A DNA stretch of 64,000 nt from an uncultured delta proteobacterium (GTDB lineage: Bacteria; Desulfobacterota; Binatia; UBA9968). Below the pieces are notes generated by a model, which was not told where the DNA came from, made no database searches, and worked only from the letters and a program-made list of their open reading frames with translations. The translations under genes were made by a program, and so were the position numbers. Location of the stretch: contig CAVUVW010000017.1 of assembly GCA_963745035.1 (NCBI GenBank), positions 288,001 to 352,000 on the forward strand. The letters are read 5' to 3'. This document shows, piece after piece, positions 31,952-44,206 of this stretch (its first letter is position 1; each line of letters opens with the position of its first letter).

Positions 31952-34055
31952 ATGCCGGCACCGGACTCGCTGCAAAGCCTCGCGCGCCTTTACAATCTGC
32001 AAACAGCCTACTTTGACGGACTCGGACACCTGCGCAAAGCGCCGCCGGAAGCGATTCTGAGAGTTCTCAAGTCGCTCGGCGCCGAGCTGGAGTCTTTGGC
32101 GGATGTCACCGCCGCGCTGCGCGCGCGCCGCCAAGCGCTTTGGCAGCGGGTCATCGAGCCGATCACGGTCGCATGGCAAGACAGGCCGTTCCAGATAAAG
32201 CTGCGGCTGCCGGTCCGCTGGGCGGAAGCACCGGTCGCCGGCGAAATCCGCCTCGAAAACGGCGCCGCCATCGATTGCGTGTGGAAAGAGATCAAGACCG
32301 CTTTGCCGATCATCCGCGACGTCGAAAGCGCGCGCTATACAGTCCGCAGCCTGGTTTTAGCGGCGCCGCCGCCGCTCGGCTATCACGAGCTTCATCTTCG
32401 AGTCGGCGATCTCGATCTCCGATCGCAGGTTCTTTCCGCGCCCTATCGGGCCTACGCTCCGCGTGAGTCGGCGAAGCGCTGGGGCGTTTTCTGCCCGCTC
32501 TACGCGCTTCATTCCGCACGCAGTTGGGGCGCGGGAGATTTTTCCGACTTGGCCGAGCTTGCGCGGCAGAGCGGCGCGCTGGGCGCTCAGGCGGTGGCCA
32601 CCCTGCCGATGCTTGCCGGTTTTTTTGACGAGCCGTTCAATCCGAGTCCCTACGCGCCGGTGAGCCGGCTTTTCTGGAATGAATTTTATCTCGACGTCGC
32701 GAGCATTCCCGAGTTCGCCGAATGCGCGGCGGCGCGCGCGCTCGCCGGCTCGGAGGAATTTCGCGGCGAGCTTGATCGCGCGCGCGCCCAGCCCCTGATC
32801 GATTACCGCCGAATCACTGCGCTCAAGCGCAAAGTTACCGAGCCAATGCTCGCCTATCTTTGTTCATCGTCTTCCGCGCGCCGGGAGAGCTTCGAAAAGT
32901 TCGTCGCTGCCCGGCCCGCTCTTCAGGATTACGCCGCCTTTCGCGCCAAAACCGAGCGCGAGCGGAAAATTTGGTCCCACTGGTCCGAGCCGGAGCGCGG
33001 TGGAGCTTTGAGGCCGGACGGCTACGACGATGCCGCGCGGCGCTATCATCTGTACGTTCAGTGGCTTTGCGACGAGCAGATGGGTCGGCTAGGCAACGAG
33101 ACCAAAGCGAACAGCGCCGCGCTCTACCTCGACTTTCCGCTCGGCGTCAATCGCGACGGCTACGATGTTTGGCGCCATCGAGATTTATTCGCGTTGGAAG
33201 CGTCCGGAGGCGCGCCCCCCGACGGGCTTTTCGTCAAAGGTCAAAACTGGGGATTTCCGCCGCAACATCCGGGCACTGTCCGGCGCCAGGGTTACCGCTA
33301 TTACCGGGAGTGCCTGCGTCACCACATGGCTCACGCCTCGATGCTGCGGATCGACCACGTGATGGGCTTGCATCGCGTTTTTTGGGTGCCCGACGGCTTC
33401 AGCGCCGCCGAAGGTCTTTACGTCCACCATCGCGCCGAAGAGCACTACGCGGTCTTGAGCTTGGAATCTCATCGTTGCCGGGTGCAAATCGTCGGTGAGA
33501 ATCTCGGCACGGTGCCGGACTATGTGAATCACGCTCTGGCGAGCCATGGAATCCTCGGCATGCACGTAGGTCAATTCGGTGTGAGCGCCGAGCCCGAGCA
33601 CGTGCTCGATCCTGCGCCACCGAATACCGTGGCGAGCCTCAACACCCATGACACGCCGACGTTCATGAGCTTTTGGACCGGCGCCGATATCGACGATCGA
33701 CTCGATCTCGGCTCGATCGGTTCAGAGCAGGCGGCGCAGGAACGCGGCTACCGCGCGGCCCAACGCGACGCGCTCATCGGCCATTTTGGCGTCGCCGCCG
33801 CGTCCGCCGATGATGCCGCCGCCGCGGTTCTCCGGGCGTGGCTACAGTTTCTTGCAGATTGCCCCGTAGAATTTTTGCTCATCAATCTGGAAGATCTCTG
33901 GCTCGAAACCGCTGCCGCAAAATGTCCCCGGCACCTGGCAGGAGCGCCCCAACTGGCAGCGCAAAGCCCGCTTCAGCCTCGAAGAGCTCCGCGCCCTGCC
34001 CGAGTTCGCCGACCTGCTGAGAAGAATCGGCGACATCCGCCGCGCGATCGGGTAA
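31952..34055 (+). CDS. malQ: 4-alpha-glucanotransferase (GH77), indel near 33911
   Basis: WGVFCPLYAL..SWGAGDFSDL, PSPYAPVSRLFWNE, GAPPD..GQNWGFPP, LRIDHVMG, GENLGTVP and NTHDTPT. The true tail QNVPGTWQERPNWQRK ends at 34055. Confidence 0.93.
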
Positions 34056-34154
34056 AATCGCGGCAACGCAGTCGTTTCCGCAAACGCTCTGCGCGCTTGG
34101 CGCACGGATGCTGCGCGCCGATGGTGCGAACCCCACGATTCGAGTTTAGGCGCA

Positions 34155-35615
34155 ATGAAGATCGCCATGATCGCCTCAGAGGCCACTCCCTTCGCCAAGA
34201 CCGGCGGCTTGGCCGACGTGATCGGAACTTTGAGCGCCGCCTTGGCGCGGCTCGGCCACGAGCTCTACATCATCACACCGGCCTATCGCTCGACCTTGCA
34301 AGGTAACTTTGCGCTGCGGGAAAGCGCTATCGACAATTCGCTGCCGCGCGCCGGCGGGCAAGAAGCGACGATTCTCGAAAGCTCGCGCGGCAACGCTGTC
34401 GACGCATACCTGATTCGCGCCGACGGCTATTTCGATCGCGACTTTCTCTACGGCACGCCGGCCGGAGACTATCCGGACAACGCCGAACGATTTATTTTTT
34501 TTAGCCGCGCCGCCCTCGAGATCCTGCGCCGCCGGCCGGTCGACGTCGTGCATTGTCATGATTGGCAGGCCGCGTTGGCGGCGGTTTTCTTGAGAGCCGA
34601 GCCGGCGCGCTACCCCGAAATCGCTGCTGCGTCAATCGTGTTTACGATTCACAATATCGGCTTTCAGGGCGTCTTTCCCTCCTCCGTCTGGCCGCTGCTC
34701 GATCTCGACCCGAGCTATTTCACGCCGCCGTTTCTCGAATATTATGGCAACGTCAATTTTCTCAAAGGCGGCCTGATCTTTGCCGACAAGATCACCACCG
34801 TGAGCCCCTCGTACGCGCAAGAAATCCTGACCGCCGAACAAGGCTTCGGCCTCGAAGGGGTTTTGCGCGAGCGCGCCGCCGATCTGGTCGGTATTCTCAA
34901 CGGCGTCGACTATCACTACTGGAACCCGTGGACCGATCCGTTTCTGCCATGCCATTACGGCGAAAACAGCTTGGCGGTAAAGCGCGACTGCAAGGCGTCG
35001 CTGCAGCGCGCCGTCGGCCTGCCGGAGCTGAGCAGAGTGCCGCTGATCGCGATGATTTCCCGTTTGACCCCGCAGAAGGGCTTCGACCTCGTCGAAGCGA
35101 TCTTCGGCTCTTTGATGGAGCGCGATTTGCAAATTGTCCTGCTTGGCAGCGGCGAGCCGCGCTTCGAGAATTTTTTCCGCGCCGCCGCGGCGCGCTTCCC
35201 CGACCGCGTCGCCGTGGAGATCGGCTTCAACGAGTCGTTGGCACATCGGATCGAGGCGGGGGCGGATCTGTTTTTGATGCCTTCGCTTTACGAGCCGTGC
35301 GGCCTCAATCAGATGTTCAGCCTGAAATATGGCACGATTCCCATTGTGCGCGCCATCGGCGGCTTGAAAGATACGGTGGAGGATTACGATGCCGCGGCCG
35401 GGACCGGCACCGGGTTTGTGTTCGAACCCTATGACAGCCGCGCTTTGCTCGCCGCCATCGATCGCGCTCTCGCGGCTTTCGCCGAAGAGCAGGCCTGGAC
35501 CGCGCTCCGGCGCCGCGCCATGGCGATGGATTTTTCCTGGGAGCGCTCCGCCAAGGTCTACGCCAACTTGTATCGGCAACTTTCACTTCAAGGAGAGATC
35601 AAAAGAGGCCCATGA
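34155..35615 (+). CDS. glgA: Glycogen synthase
   Basis: PFAKTGGLADV, HCHDWQ, FTIHNIGFQG and MPSLYEPCGLNQ. Confidence 0.95.
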   Translation: MKIAMIASEATPFAKTGGLADVIGTLSAALARLGHELYIITPAYRSTLQGNFALRESAIDNSLPRAGGQEATILESSRGNAVDAYLIRADGYFDRDFLYGTPAGDYPDNAERFIFFSRAALEILRRRPVDVVHCHDWQAALAAVFLRAEPARYPEIAAASIVFTIHNIGFQGVFPSSVWPLLDLDPSYFTPPFLEYYGNVNFLKGGLIFADKITTVSPSYAQEILTAEQGFGLEGVLRERAADLVGILNGVDYHYWNPWTDPFLPCHYGENSLAVKRDCKASLQRAVGLPELSRVPLIAMISRLTPQKGFDLVEAIFGSLMERDLQIVLLGSGEPRFENFFRAAAARFPDRVAVEIGFNESLAHRIEAGADLFLMPSLYEPCGLNQMFSLKYGTIPIVRAIGGLKDTVEDYDAAAGTGTGFVFEPYDSRALLAAIDRALAAFAEEQAWTALRRRAMAMDFSWERSAKVYANLYRQLSLQGEIKRGP

Positions 35616-36863
35616 TGTATGTCCTCGGCGTCGTACTTGCGGGCGGTCGAGGCGAGCGCCTCTATCCCCTGACCGAGCACCGGGCCAAACCCGCGGTGCC
35701 GTTCGGCGGCAGGTATCGCATCATCGATTTCGTGCTGTCGAACTTTGTCAATTCCGGCATCCTGTCGATCTATGTTTTGACCCAATTCAGAGCCCAGTCG
35801 CTGCTCGAGCACCTGGACCGGGGCTGGCGCACGACCGATTTCCTCGGCGAGCACTTCGTCACGCCCGTGCCGGCGCAGATGCGCTCCGGGACGGAATGGT
35901 ATCAGGGCACCGCCGACTCGGTGTACCAGAACTCTTATCTGCTCCAGCGCCACAGTCCGAAGCTCGTCGCCGTGTTTGGCGCCGATCATATCTATCGCAT
36001 GAACGTGCGCCAGATGATCGACGAGCACCAGAAAAAATCGGCCGCTGTGACGGTCGCGGCGCTGCCGGTCAAGATCGAAGAAGCCTCGCAGTTCGGTGTG
36101 ATGTCGGTGGACGCCGATTGGCGCATCATCGGCTTCGACGAAAAGCCCAAGCACGCCAAATCGATTCCCGGCGAGCCCAATCTATGCGCTGGTGTCGATG
36201 GGCAATTATCTGTTCAACAACGAGGTTCTGATCGACGCCCTCGACGCCGACGCGGTCAATGACGCGAGCACCCATGATTTCGGCCGCGATATCCTGCCGA
36301 CGTTGATCGCCAGCCACGCCGTCTATGCGTACGATTTTCGCAAGAACCACGTGCCGATTCCGTCCAAAGGCGAAGAGCCGAGCTATTGGCGCGATCTCGG
36401 AACCCTGGACGCCTACTACGCTGCGAGCATGGATCTCTGCTCCATCGATCCGTCGTTCAATCTGTACAATCGCAGCTGGCCAATCCGCACGGTGGGCTAC
36501 GCCGATCCGCCGGCTAAATTCGTTTTTGACTGGAACGATCGCCAGGGCATGGCCGTCAACTCGGTGGTCGCCGAAGGCACGATCATCAGCGGCAGCCACG
36601 TGAACAACTGCGTGGTCGGACGCAACGTGCGCGTGCACAGCTTCAGCCGGATTGAAAACTCCGTCGTCATGGATTGGGTGGAGATCGGCCGCAACTGCCG
36701 CATCCGCAACGCCATCATCGACAAAGCCAACGTCATTCCGTCGGGGACCGAGATCGGCTACAACGCCGCCAAGGATCGCGAGCGCTACACGGTCTCGCCC
36801 AACGGCGTGATCGTATTGCCGCGCGGCCCGCGCAAGACGACTTGGGTCATGACCAATCCGTGA
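35612..36863 (+). CDS. glgC: Glucose-1-phosphate adenylyltransferase (indel near 36180)
   Basis: LAGGRGERLYPLT.HRAKPAVPFGG, WYQGTADSVYQN, ADHIYRM, SMGNYLF and HDFGRDILP. Confidence 0.95.
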
Positions 36864-36937
36864 GTAGTGAGCAGTGAAGAGTTAGGAGAAAATCGGGGAT
36901 GACGCACGCCTCACGCCTCATTTCTCAGTCCTCACTC
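36860..36937. repeat. Palindromic heptamer-tandem element (GTGAGNA ... CTCACGC)
   Basis: GTGAGTA GTGAGCA GTGAAGA ... GCACGC CTCACGC CTCATTT CTCAGTC CTCACTC. Confidence 0.7.
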
Positions 36938-36947
36938 GATTCATAGC

Positions 36948-39365
36948 ATGAATCGCTACATTTGCATTCACGGCCATTTCTACCAGCCGCCGCGGGAGAA
37001 TCCCTGGCTCGAAGCCATCGAGCTGCAAGATTCCGCGGCGCCGTATCATGACTGGAACGAGCGCATCACCCGAGAGTCCTACGCGCCCAATGCGGTCGCG
37101 CGGATTCTCGACGAGCGGGGATCCATCGTCAAGCTCGTCAACAACTACGCCCGGATGAGCTTCAACTTCGGACCCACTCTGCTGAGCTGGCTCGAAACCA
37201 AGGCACCGGAAGTCTACGGCGCGATCCTTGAAGGCGACCGCCGGAGCCTGGAGAATTTTTCCGGCCACGGCTCCGCTTTGGCGCAGGTTTACAATCATGT
37301 GATCATGCCGCTCGCCAACCACCGTGACCGGGTTACTCAGATACGTTGGGGCCTGCGCGACTTCGAATATCGCTTCCAGCGCGTCGCCGAGGGAATGTGG
37401 CTGCCGGAGACCGCCGTGGATGTGGAATCGCTGGAGCTGCTCGCCCAGTTCGGCATGCGCTTCGTCATCCTGGCGCCGCACCAAGCCGGACGGCTGCGGC
37501 GCATCGGCGAAAGCGCCTGGCGCGACGCCGCAAGCGCCCTCGATGCGACGATGCCCTACCGCCAGCCTCTGCCGTCGGGCCGTTCGATCGCGATATTTTT
37601 CTATGACGGCGCGATTTCCCGCGCGGTCGCCTTCGAGGGCCTGCTGTCGAGCGGCGAGCGCTTGATCACGCGCTTGACCGGCGCGTTTTCGGCCGCGAGC
37701 GACCGGCCGCAGCTCGCGCATATCGCCACCGACGGCGAATCCTACGGCCATCATCATCGCTTCGGCGACATGGCGCTCGCCTACGCCCTCGAGCAAATCG
37801 AAGCGCGCGGCCTGGCGCGCCTGACCAATTACGGCGAGTACCTGGCGCAACATCCGCCGACCCATGAAGTCGAGATCATCGAGAAAAGCTCCTGGAGCTG
37901 CGCCCACGGCATCGAGCGGTGGTGGAGCAATTGCGGCTGCAACTCCGGCGCCCATCCCGCCTGGAGCCAGCAGTGGCGCACGCCGCTGCGCGATGCGCTC
38001 GACTGGCTGCGCGACCAGGTCGCGCCGGCGTGGGAGCGCAAGGCGCGCGAGCTTTTGCGCGACCCATGGGCGGCGCGCGACGATTACATCGACGTCGTGC
38101 TCGATCGTTCGGAAACAAATATCGAGGGCTTCTTCGCGCGCCACGCGGCGCACGCGCTGAGCGCCGAGGAAACCGCCACTGCGCTCGAGCTGCTCGAGCT
38201 CCAGCGCAACGCCATGCTCATGTACACGAGCTGCGGCTGGTTTTTCGACGACCTGGCCGGCATCGAGACCGTTCAAGTCCTGCAATACGCCGGGCGGGCG
38301 GCGCAGCTCGCGCAGGATCTCCTGGGCGACTCGCTGGAGACAAGCTTCGCCCGCCGTTTGGCGGCGGCGCGGAGCAACGTGCCGGAAGAAGGCGACGGCG
38401 CGCGCGTCTACGACCGGCGCGTGCGCACCGCCAAGGTCGATTGGCCCAAGCTCGCCGCCGACTACGCCTTACGCAATTTGCTCGACGATTTCCCCGAGCG
38501 CAAGGCCATCTACTGCTACGACGTCACCCTGGAAGACCATGAAGTATTCCAAGCCGGCCGCGCCAAGCTCGGTGTCGGCCGGATCGAGCTGCGTTCCCGC
38601 ATCACCCTGCGCTCGGAGCGCCTGACCTTCGCCGCGATTCATCTGGGCGATCACAACATGAGCGCCGGCGTGGCGCAGCGGATGAACGATCAGGCGTATA
38701 AGAAAGTCGTCGCCGCCATCGCCGAGCCCTTCGCCCGCGCTGATTTAACCGCGGCGCTGCGCGAGATCGAGCGGCGTCTGGGCGGCGCCCACTATTCCCT
38801 GCACTCGCTGTTTCGCGACGAGCAGAGAGAAGTGTTGAGAAAGATTTTGGCGACCAACCTCCAGGAAGCCGAGTCGCTGTATCGGCAAATCTACGAGCCG
38901 CGCGCGCCGCTGATGCGCCTGATCACCGATCTCGGCGTTCCGCTGCCGAAGGGCTTTTCCGCCGCCGCCGATTTCGTCTTGAACCACCAGCTACGCGCGG
39001 CACTGGAACAAACACCGATCGAGTTGCATCGCGTTGTGGAGCTTTTGCAGTCAGCCCGCCTCGAAGGCGTGACCTTGGATACAGCGAGCTTGGAATTTCC
39101 CTACCGCCGATCCCTCGAGCGCGCCGCCGAAGCCTTTGCAAGCGAACCGTCGCTCGCCTCACTGGAAAAGGTCGCCGAGGCTGCCGGCGCGCTTACCCAC
39201 CTGCCGTTCCACGTCGATCTCTGGAAGGTGCAGAATCTCTTTTATCGGCTTTTGCAAGACCGCTATCCACAGCAGAAGAGCTTGCGCGCAACCGACGAGA
39301 GCGCGCGCCGTTGGGTAGAGCGCTTTGAAGACCTCTGCCGCCTACTGCGCGTCAACGTGCCTTAA
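36948..39365 (+). CDS. Glycoside hydrolase family 57 protein with DUF3536
   Basis: CIHGHFYQPPRENPW, SFNFGPTLLSW, GMWLPETAVD, ATDGESYGHH and MYTSCGWFFDD. Confidence 0.92.
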   Translation: MNRYICIHGHFYQPPRENPWLEAIELQDSAAPYHDWNERITRESYAPNAVARILDERGSIVKLVNNYARMSFNFGPTLLSWLETKAPEVYGAILEGDRRSLENFSGHGSALAQVYNHVIMPLANHRDRVTQIRWGLRDFEYRFQRVAEGMWLPETAVDVESLELLAQFGMRFVILAPHQAGRLRRIGESAWRDAASALDATMPYRQPLPSGRSIAIFFYDGAISRAVAFEGLLSSGERLITRLTGAFSAASDRPQLAHIATDGESYGHHHRFGDMALAYALEQIEARGLARLTNYGEYLAQHPPTHEVEIIEKSSWSCAHGIERWWSNCGCNSGAHPAWSQQWRTPLRDALDWLRDQVAPAWERKARELLRDPWAARDDYIDVVLDRSETNIEGFFARHAAHALSAEETATALELLELQRNAMLMYTSCGWFFDDLAGIETVQVLQYAGRAAQLAQDLLGDSLETSFARRLAAARSNVPEEGDGARVYDRRVRTAKVDWPKLAADYALRNLLDDFPERKAIYCYDVTLEDHEVFQAGRAKLGVGRIELRSRITLRSERLTFAAIHLGDHNMSAGVAQRMNDQAYKKVVAAIAEPFARADLTAALREIERRLGGAHYSLHSLFRDEQREVLRKILATNLQEAESLYRQIYEPRAPLMRLITDLGVPLPKGFSAAADFVLNHQLRAALEQTPIELHRVVELLQSARLEGVTLDTASLEFPYRRSLERAAEAFASEPSLASLEKVAEAAGALTHLPFHVDLWKVQNLFYRLLQDRYPQQKSLRATDESARRWVERFEDLCRLLRVNVP

Positions 39366-39390
39366 GAGCCGAGGATTTCCCGTATGCCGT

Positions 39391-42300
39391 TTAAGGCTTG
39401 GAAGTTAGAATCGGTTCGAGACAGCCGGTATCGAGCGGCTTTTCGAGAAAATGATCGAACGCGGCGCTGCGCGGATCATCGCTATCCAAATAACCGCTCA
39501 AGCCGATGAACCTCGCTCCATTGACGCTATCGAGCTCCTTGAGGCGCTGTAGCAGCTCGTAGCCGTTGATATCGGGCAGCCGGATGTCGAGAAAAAAGAC
39601 GTCAGGACGAAAATCCTGCGCCATCGCGAGCGCCGACGCGCCGTCGTGCGCCGCGCGCACTTCATAGCCGCGCTTCTCCAGAAAGGCGCTCAAAAATTTG
39701 CAGGCGTTGTAACTGTCGTCGACCAGAAGCACTTTGATTTTGCCGCCGTTTGCCTTCACGGCGGTCCGGCCATTGTCGGCGTGCAGGGCCACGCACTGAA
39801 CCAGGTTCCGCCGATCGATCGGCTTGGTCAAGTAATCGTCGCATCCGGCCTGAAGGCATTTCTCGCGGTCGCCCACCATCGCACCCGCGGTCAGGGCGAT
39901 GATCGGCAGTTGTAAACCCTTGGCGCGCAGGATTCGCGCGACCTCGTAGCCGTCCATTCCAGGCATGTGAATATCGAGAATCATCGCGTGGAACGGATCG
40001 GACGCACTGGCCGCCTCAATCGCCTCGATGGCGCTTTCGCCGTCGGCCGCGGTCTCCGGGCGCCCGCCGGCTTCGCATATATACCGGCTCACCAGATAGC
40101 AGATCTCCTCGCGATCATCGACGACCAGCACACGCCGATCGTCCAGGCTCCCCTCGCCCGGCTGCGCCGCGCGCGCCTCGGGCAGATTTCTCTTTTTCCG
40201 CGGCAATGCCTCCACCGTCCCGATCGGCACGGCCACTCGAAAGACGCTTCCCTTGCCGAGCTCGCTTTCAAAAGATATCTCGCCGCCCAGCATCTCCACG
40301 AGCCTCTTGGTAATGGTCAAGCCCAAGCCGGTGCCGCCATACTCGCGGGTGCTGGTCGTGTCCGCCTGGGTGAAGGGTTGAAACAGAATCTGCTGGTGCT
40401 CCGGCGCGATGCCGATGCCGGTGTCGACCACCTCGATGCGCAGGAGATCACCGCTTATTTTAACCACCATTTCGACCCGACCGCGCTCGGTGAATTTTAT
40501 CGCGTTGCTCACGAGATTGATGAGGATTTGCCGCAGCCGTGTGCGATCGGTCTGGATACGCTCCGGCAGCGCGCTCTCGTAGCGCAAACTCAAGGACAGT
40601 TTCTTCTGCGCCGCGCGCATGTCCATCAACGCTTGAATCTCAGCGAGCAGCGCATGGACGGACACGTCTTCGATGTTGAGGACCAGCTTGCCGGCTTCGA
40701 TCTTGGATAGATCGAGAATGTCGTTGACGATCTCGATCAAATAATCGCCGCTTTCCTTGATGGTCTTCAGGCACTCGATATCCTCGGGATCTTTTAGCTT
40801 GTCGAGCAAGATGTCGGCGTAGCCCATGATGCCGGTGAGCGGGCTGCGGATCTCATGGCTCATGTTGGCGAGGAATTCATCCTTGCGCTGGCCCAGTTCT
40901 TTCAACGCCTGCTGCGACTCGTAGATGTCGGTAATGTCCGGCGAGCTGCCGATGTACCCGGTCAGGTTGCCGCCGCGCTCGAAAATCGGCGCGCCGCGGG
41001 CTTCCAGCCATCGCCACTCCCCATCGCGGCGCCGCACCCGCACCCGTTCATGAAACGGCTGGCGTTCTCGCAAAGCGGCCATAAACGCTTCGTCGTACCG
41101 GTCCCGGTCCTCGAGATGAACAATTTGGCGCCAGTCGAAACTTGGAACGTCTTCGATGCCAATCCCCAAAAACTCGAGATAAGCGCGATTGATGAACTTC
41201 AGACTGCCTGCCGCGTCGGTCAGCCAGATTATGTTCGGCGAGCTGTCGGCCATACTACGAAAACGCTGCTCGCTCTGCCGCAAAGCGTCCTCGGCCTGTT
41301 TCCGGCTGGTGATGTCTGTGACCAGCACAACCAGACCGACGACATTACCGCGCGCATCGCGGTGAGGAGTATAAAGCGCATGGATCCAGCGCGTGCCGCC
41401 CGCCCTGTATTTGACTTCCGCCTCATACTCGACCGTCTCACCGGAAAGACCAGCCTCGATATGCGGCCCTACGGTTTTCCAGGCCTCCTCTCCCAAGACT
41501 TCCCGCACGGGCTTGCCGACAATTTCTTCCTGCGGAAGGCCAAACCAGACCGTATAGCCCCGGTTGCAGCTCCGGTAGCGTGATCGCTGCCGATGTATGA
41601 AATCAGCGCAGGAACAGTGCTGTTGAGCATCTCCAAATGTTCCTCGCTCTTTCGCAATTTTTCTTCGGCCAGTTTTCGGTCGGTGATGTCGCGGGCGATT
41701 TTGATACACCAATAATCCGGCGCTTGCGTGTCAACGATCGGAGAAACAGTCAATGAGATGTCCAGCAATGTCCCGTCTTTCCGGCGTCGCACGGTCTCGT
41801 AGTGCTCGATACGCTCGCCACGCCGGATACGTTCGAGGATGCCCGGCTCCTCGTCGAGCCGGTCGGCCGGGATGAGAATGCTCAGCGGCTGCCCGATCGC
41901 CTCTTCGGCGGTGTAGCCGAAGAGGCGCTCCGCGGCCCGGTTCCAACTTATGATCACGCCGTTAAGGTCCTTGCTGATGATCGCGTCGTCGGAGGAATCG
42001 ACGATCGCCGCCAGCCTGGCGCGCTCTTGCTCGGAACGCTTGCGCTCGGTGATATCGCGAGTGAAGCAGCGGGTGTGGATGAACTTGCCGTCCTCGAAAA
42101 ACGCGCTGGAATTGACGAGCACATGACGAATCGAGCCATCTTTGCAGCGCATGCGCGTCTCGCAATCGATCACCCTCTCCCCGACTCAGGCGGGTAAGCA
42201 TGTCCTCGATCAGCGCAGCATCAACGTGGAACTCAGCAATGGAATGGCCGATGTATTCTTCTGGCCTGTATCCGAGCAGATCCAATTCGGTCTGGTTCGC

Positions 42301-44206
42301 CCACAAAATAGTGCCAGCCGAACTGACGCGGTGAAGGCCGACGCTGGCGTTCTCGACGAAATCGCGCAGTTCGACCTCGCTCGAGCGGATCTTCTCTGTG
42401 GCTTCCTTGCGAACCCGGGCTATCGCGAGATGCGCGCCGACGTGGGCCACCAACTCGCGGGCGCTGAACGGTTTAACCAGGTAATCATCCGCACCGGCCT
42501 CCAGGCCCTCGATGCGGCTCTCCTCCCCGGCCCTGGCCGAGAGCAGGATGATCGGGATCTCGCGCAGTTGCGGATCGGCGCGCAGCTCGATCAGTAAGCC
42601 AAAGCCGTCCAGCCTGGGCATCATGATGTCGCTGAGCACCGAGATCCGGCGGCTTGGCGCGGGCTGCCTCCAGAGCGGCCTGCCCGTCGCCGACGGCCTG
42701 CACGTCGAAATGCCGGCCCAGCAAACGGCTGACGTACGCGCGCATGTCGCCGTTATCATCAGCCCAGAGAATGCGCGCACGGCGGCCGTGGGGCTGAACT
42801 GCGATGGACAGGCGATCGGAAGCTGCTAATCCGGAGGAGAACGTCTCCTCGCTTGCTTCCTCCCGGTGATCGTCCGGAAGCCACCGAAGGGCCTCCTCCA
42901 CAAATGCCGACGAATCGATCCCGGCCGCCGCCGGCTCCGAAGGGCTGCCGATGCGCTGTGGATCGAGATGCGCGGTCCCCAAGCGGGATCGTGACGGTAA
43001 ACCTGCTCCCCTCACCCAACGCACTGTCCACCTGCACCGTCCCACCGTGCAGTTTTACGAGCTCGTGCACGAGCGCCAAGCCGATGCCCGTCCCTTCGTG
43101 GGTTCGCGCCGCGGCTGTGCTCGACGCGATGAAAGCGCTCGAACATCTGCGGCAATTCCTCGACCGGAATGCCGACGCCGGTGTCGCGCACGGTCAGAGT
43201 GACGCATCCCGGAGTGGCGAGTGATGAGGGGTGTGTGGCGCGAGGCTCTTCCTTCCTTTCACTCGACACTCGACACTCATCACTTCTTCCCAGACTTACT
43301 TCGATTTCGCCGTCCAGTGTGAACTTGAACGCGTTGCTCGAAAGGTTGAGGACGATCTTCTCCCACATATCCCGATCGACGTATACCGGCTCGCCGAGCG
43401 GCGGGCAGTCCACCACCAAGCGCAAGCCGCGCCTTTTCGCAAGCAGAGCGAAAATTGCTCGCAAGTTCCGCCGTGAAGGTGCCCAGACTCGGTTGGCTGG
43501 TACGAAGCCTGAAGGCGCCCGGCCTCGATGCGGGAGAAATCGAGCATGGTGTTGACAAGCTTGAGGAGCCGCAGGGCGTTTCGGTGGGAGACGCGCAATT
43601 GATCGGCTGCAGCAGAGGGGGGGACGCCGCAGGCGTCGGCCAGCGCATCCTCCAGCGGCCCGAGCATCAGAGTTAACGGTGTGCGGAACTCGTGGCTGAC
43701 GTTGGCGAAGAACTTGGTCTTGAGGCGGTCCAATTCCTGTAAGGCGCTCATTGAGAACCCGCAATTCCTGGGCCTGCCGGGTTACCTGCTCTTCGGCCAA
43801 CTTCTGTTCGGTGACGTCGGTGTTCGTGCCGAACCACTGGACGAAGTTGCCTTGCTCGTCGCGGATCGGCATGGCGCGGGAGAGGAACTAGCGGTACTGG
43901 CCGTCCTTGCCGCGCAGCGGAAACGTGTCTTCCCACGGCTCGCCGGTTTGGCCCGCACGCTGGACGCGCGCGACCACGCGCTCGACGTGATCAGGATGCT
44001 GCACCTTCGTCCAGTCCCATCCCTTCATTTCCTCGAACGATAAGCCCGGTGTAGTCGAGCCAGCGCTGGTTGTACCACGTGACGTTGCCCAGTAAGTCGC
44101 ACGTCCAGGCGAGTTGGGACATGTTGTCGGCGAGCATGCGGAAGCGCTCTTCGCTCTCGCGCAGCGCCGCTTCGGCGGGTTCTTTGTCAGATGAAACCGT
44201 CGTCAT
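39391..44206 (-). CDS. Giant cytoplasmic hybrid histidine kinase (PAS-HisKA-HATPase-REC-4xPAS-HisKA-HATPase-REC-REC), with many indels and one internal TAG
   Basis: Colinear fragments: PAS (44206-43790), [23 protein letters not shown] / DTGVGI, REC (DIMMPRLDG...YLVKPF), further PAS domains, [20 protein letters not shown] and two REC domains. May be a pseudogene. Confidence 0.75.
43212..43284. repeat. Palindromic heptamer element inserted in frame in the HATPase domain
   Basis: GAGTGGC GAGTGAT GAGGGGT GTGTGGC ... TCACTCG ACACTCG ACACTCA TCACT. Translates as [25 protein letters not shown] between GEIEVSLG and [10 protein letters not shown]. Confidence 0.75.

Noticed and set aside
43888-43890. 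In-frame TAG as pyrrolysine or recoding
   Set aside because: It replaces a conserved Trp (TGG) in a PAS domain and no pyl genes are present. A point mutation or sequencing error is simpler.
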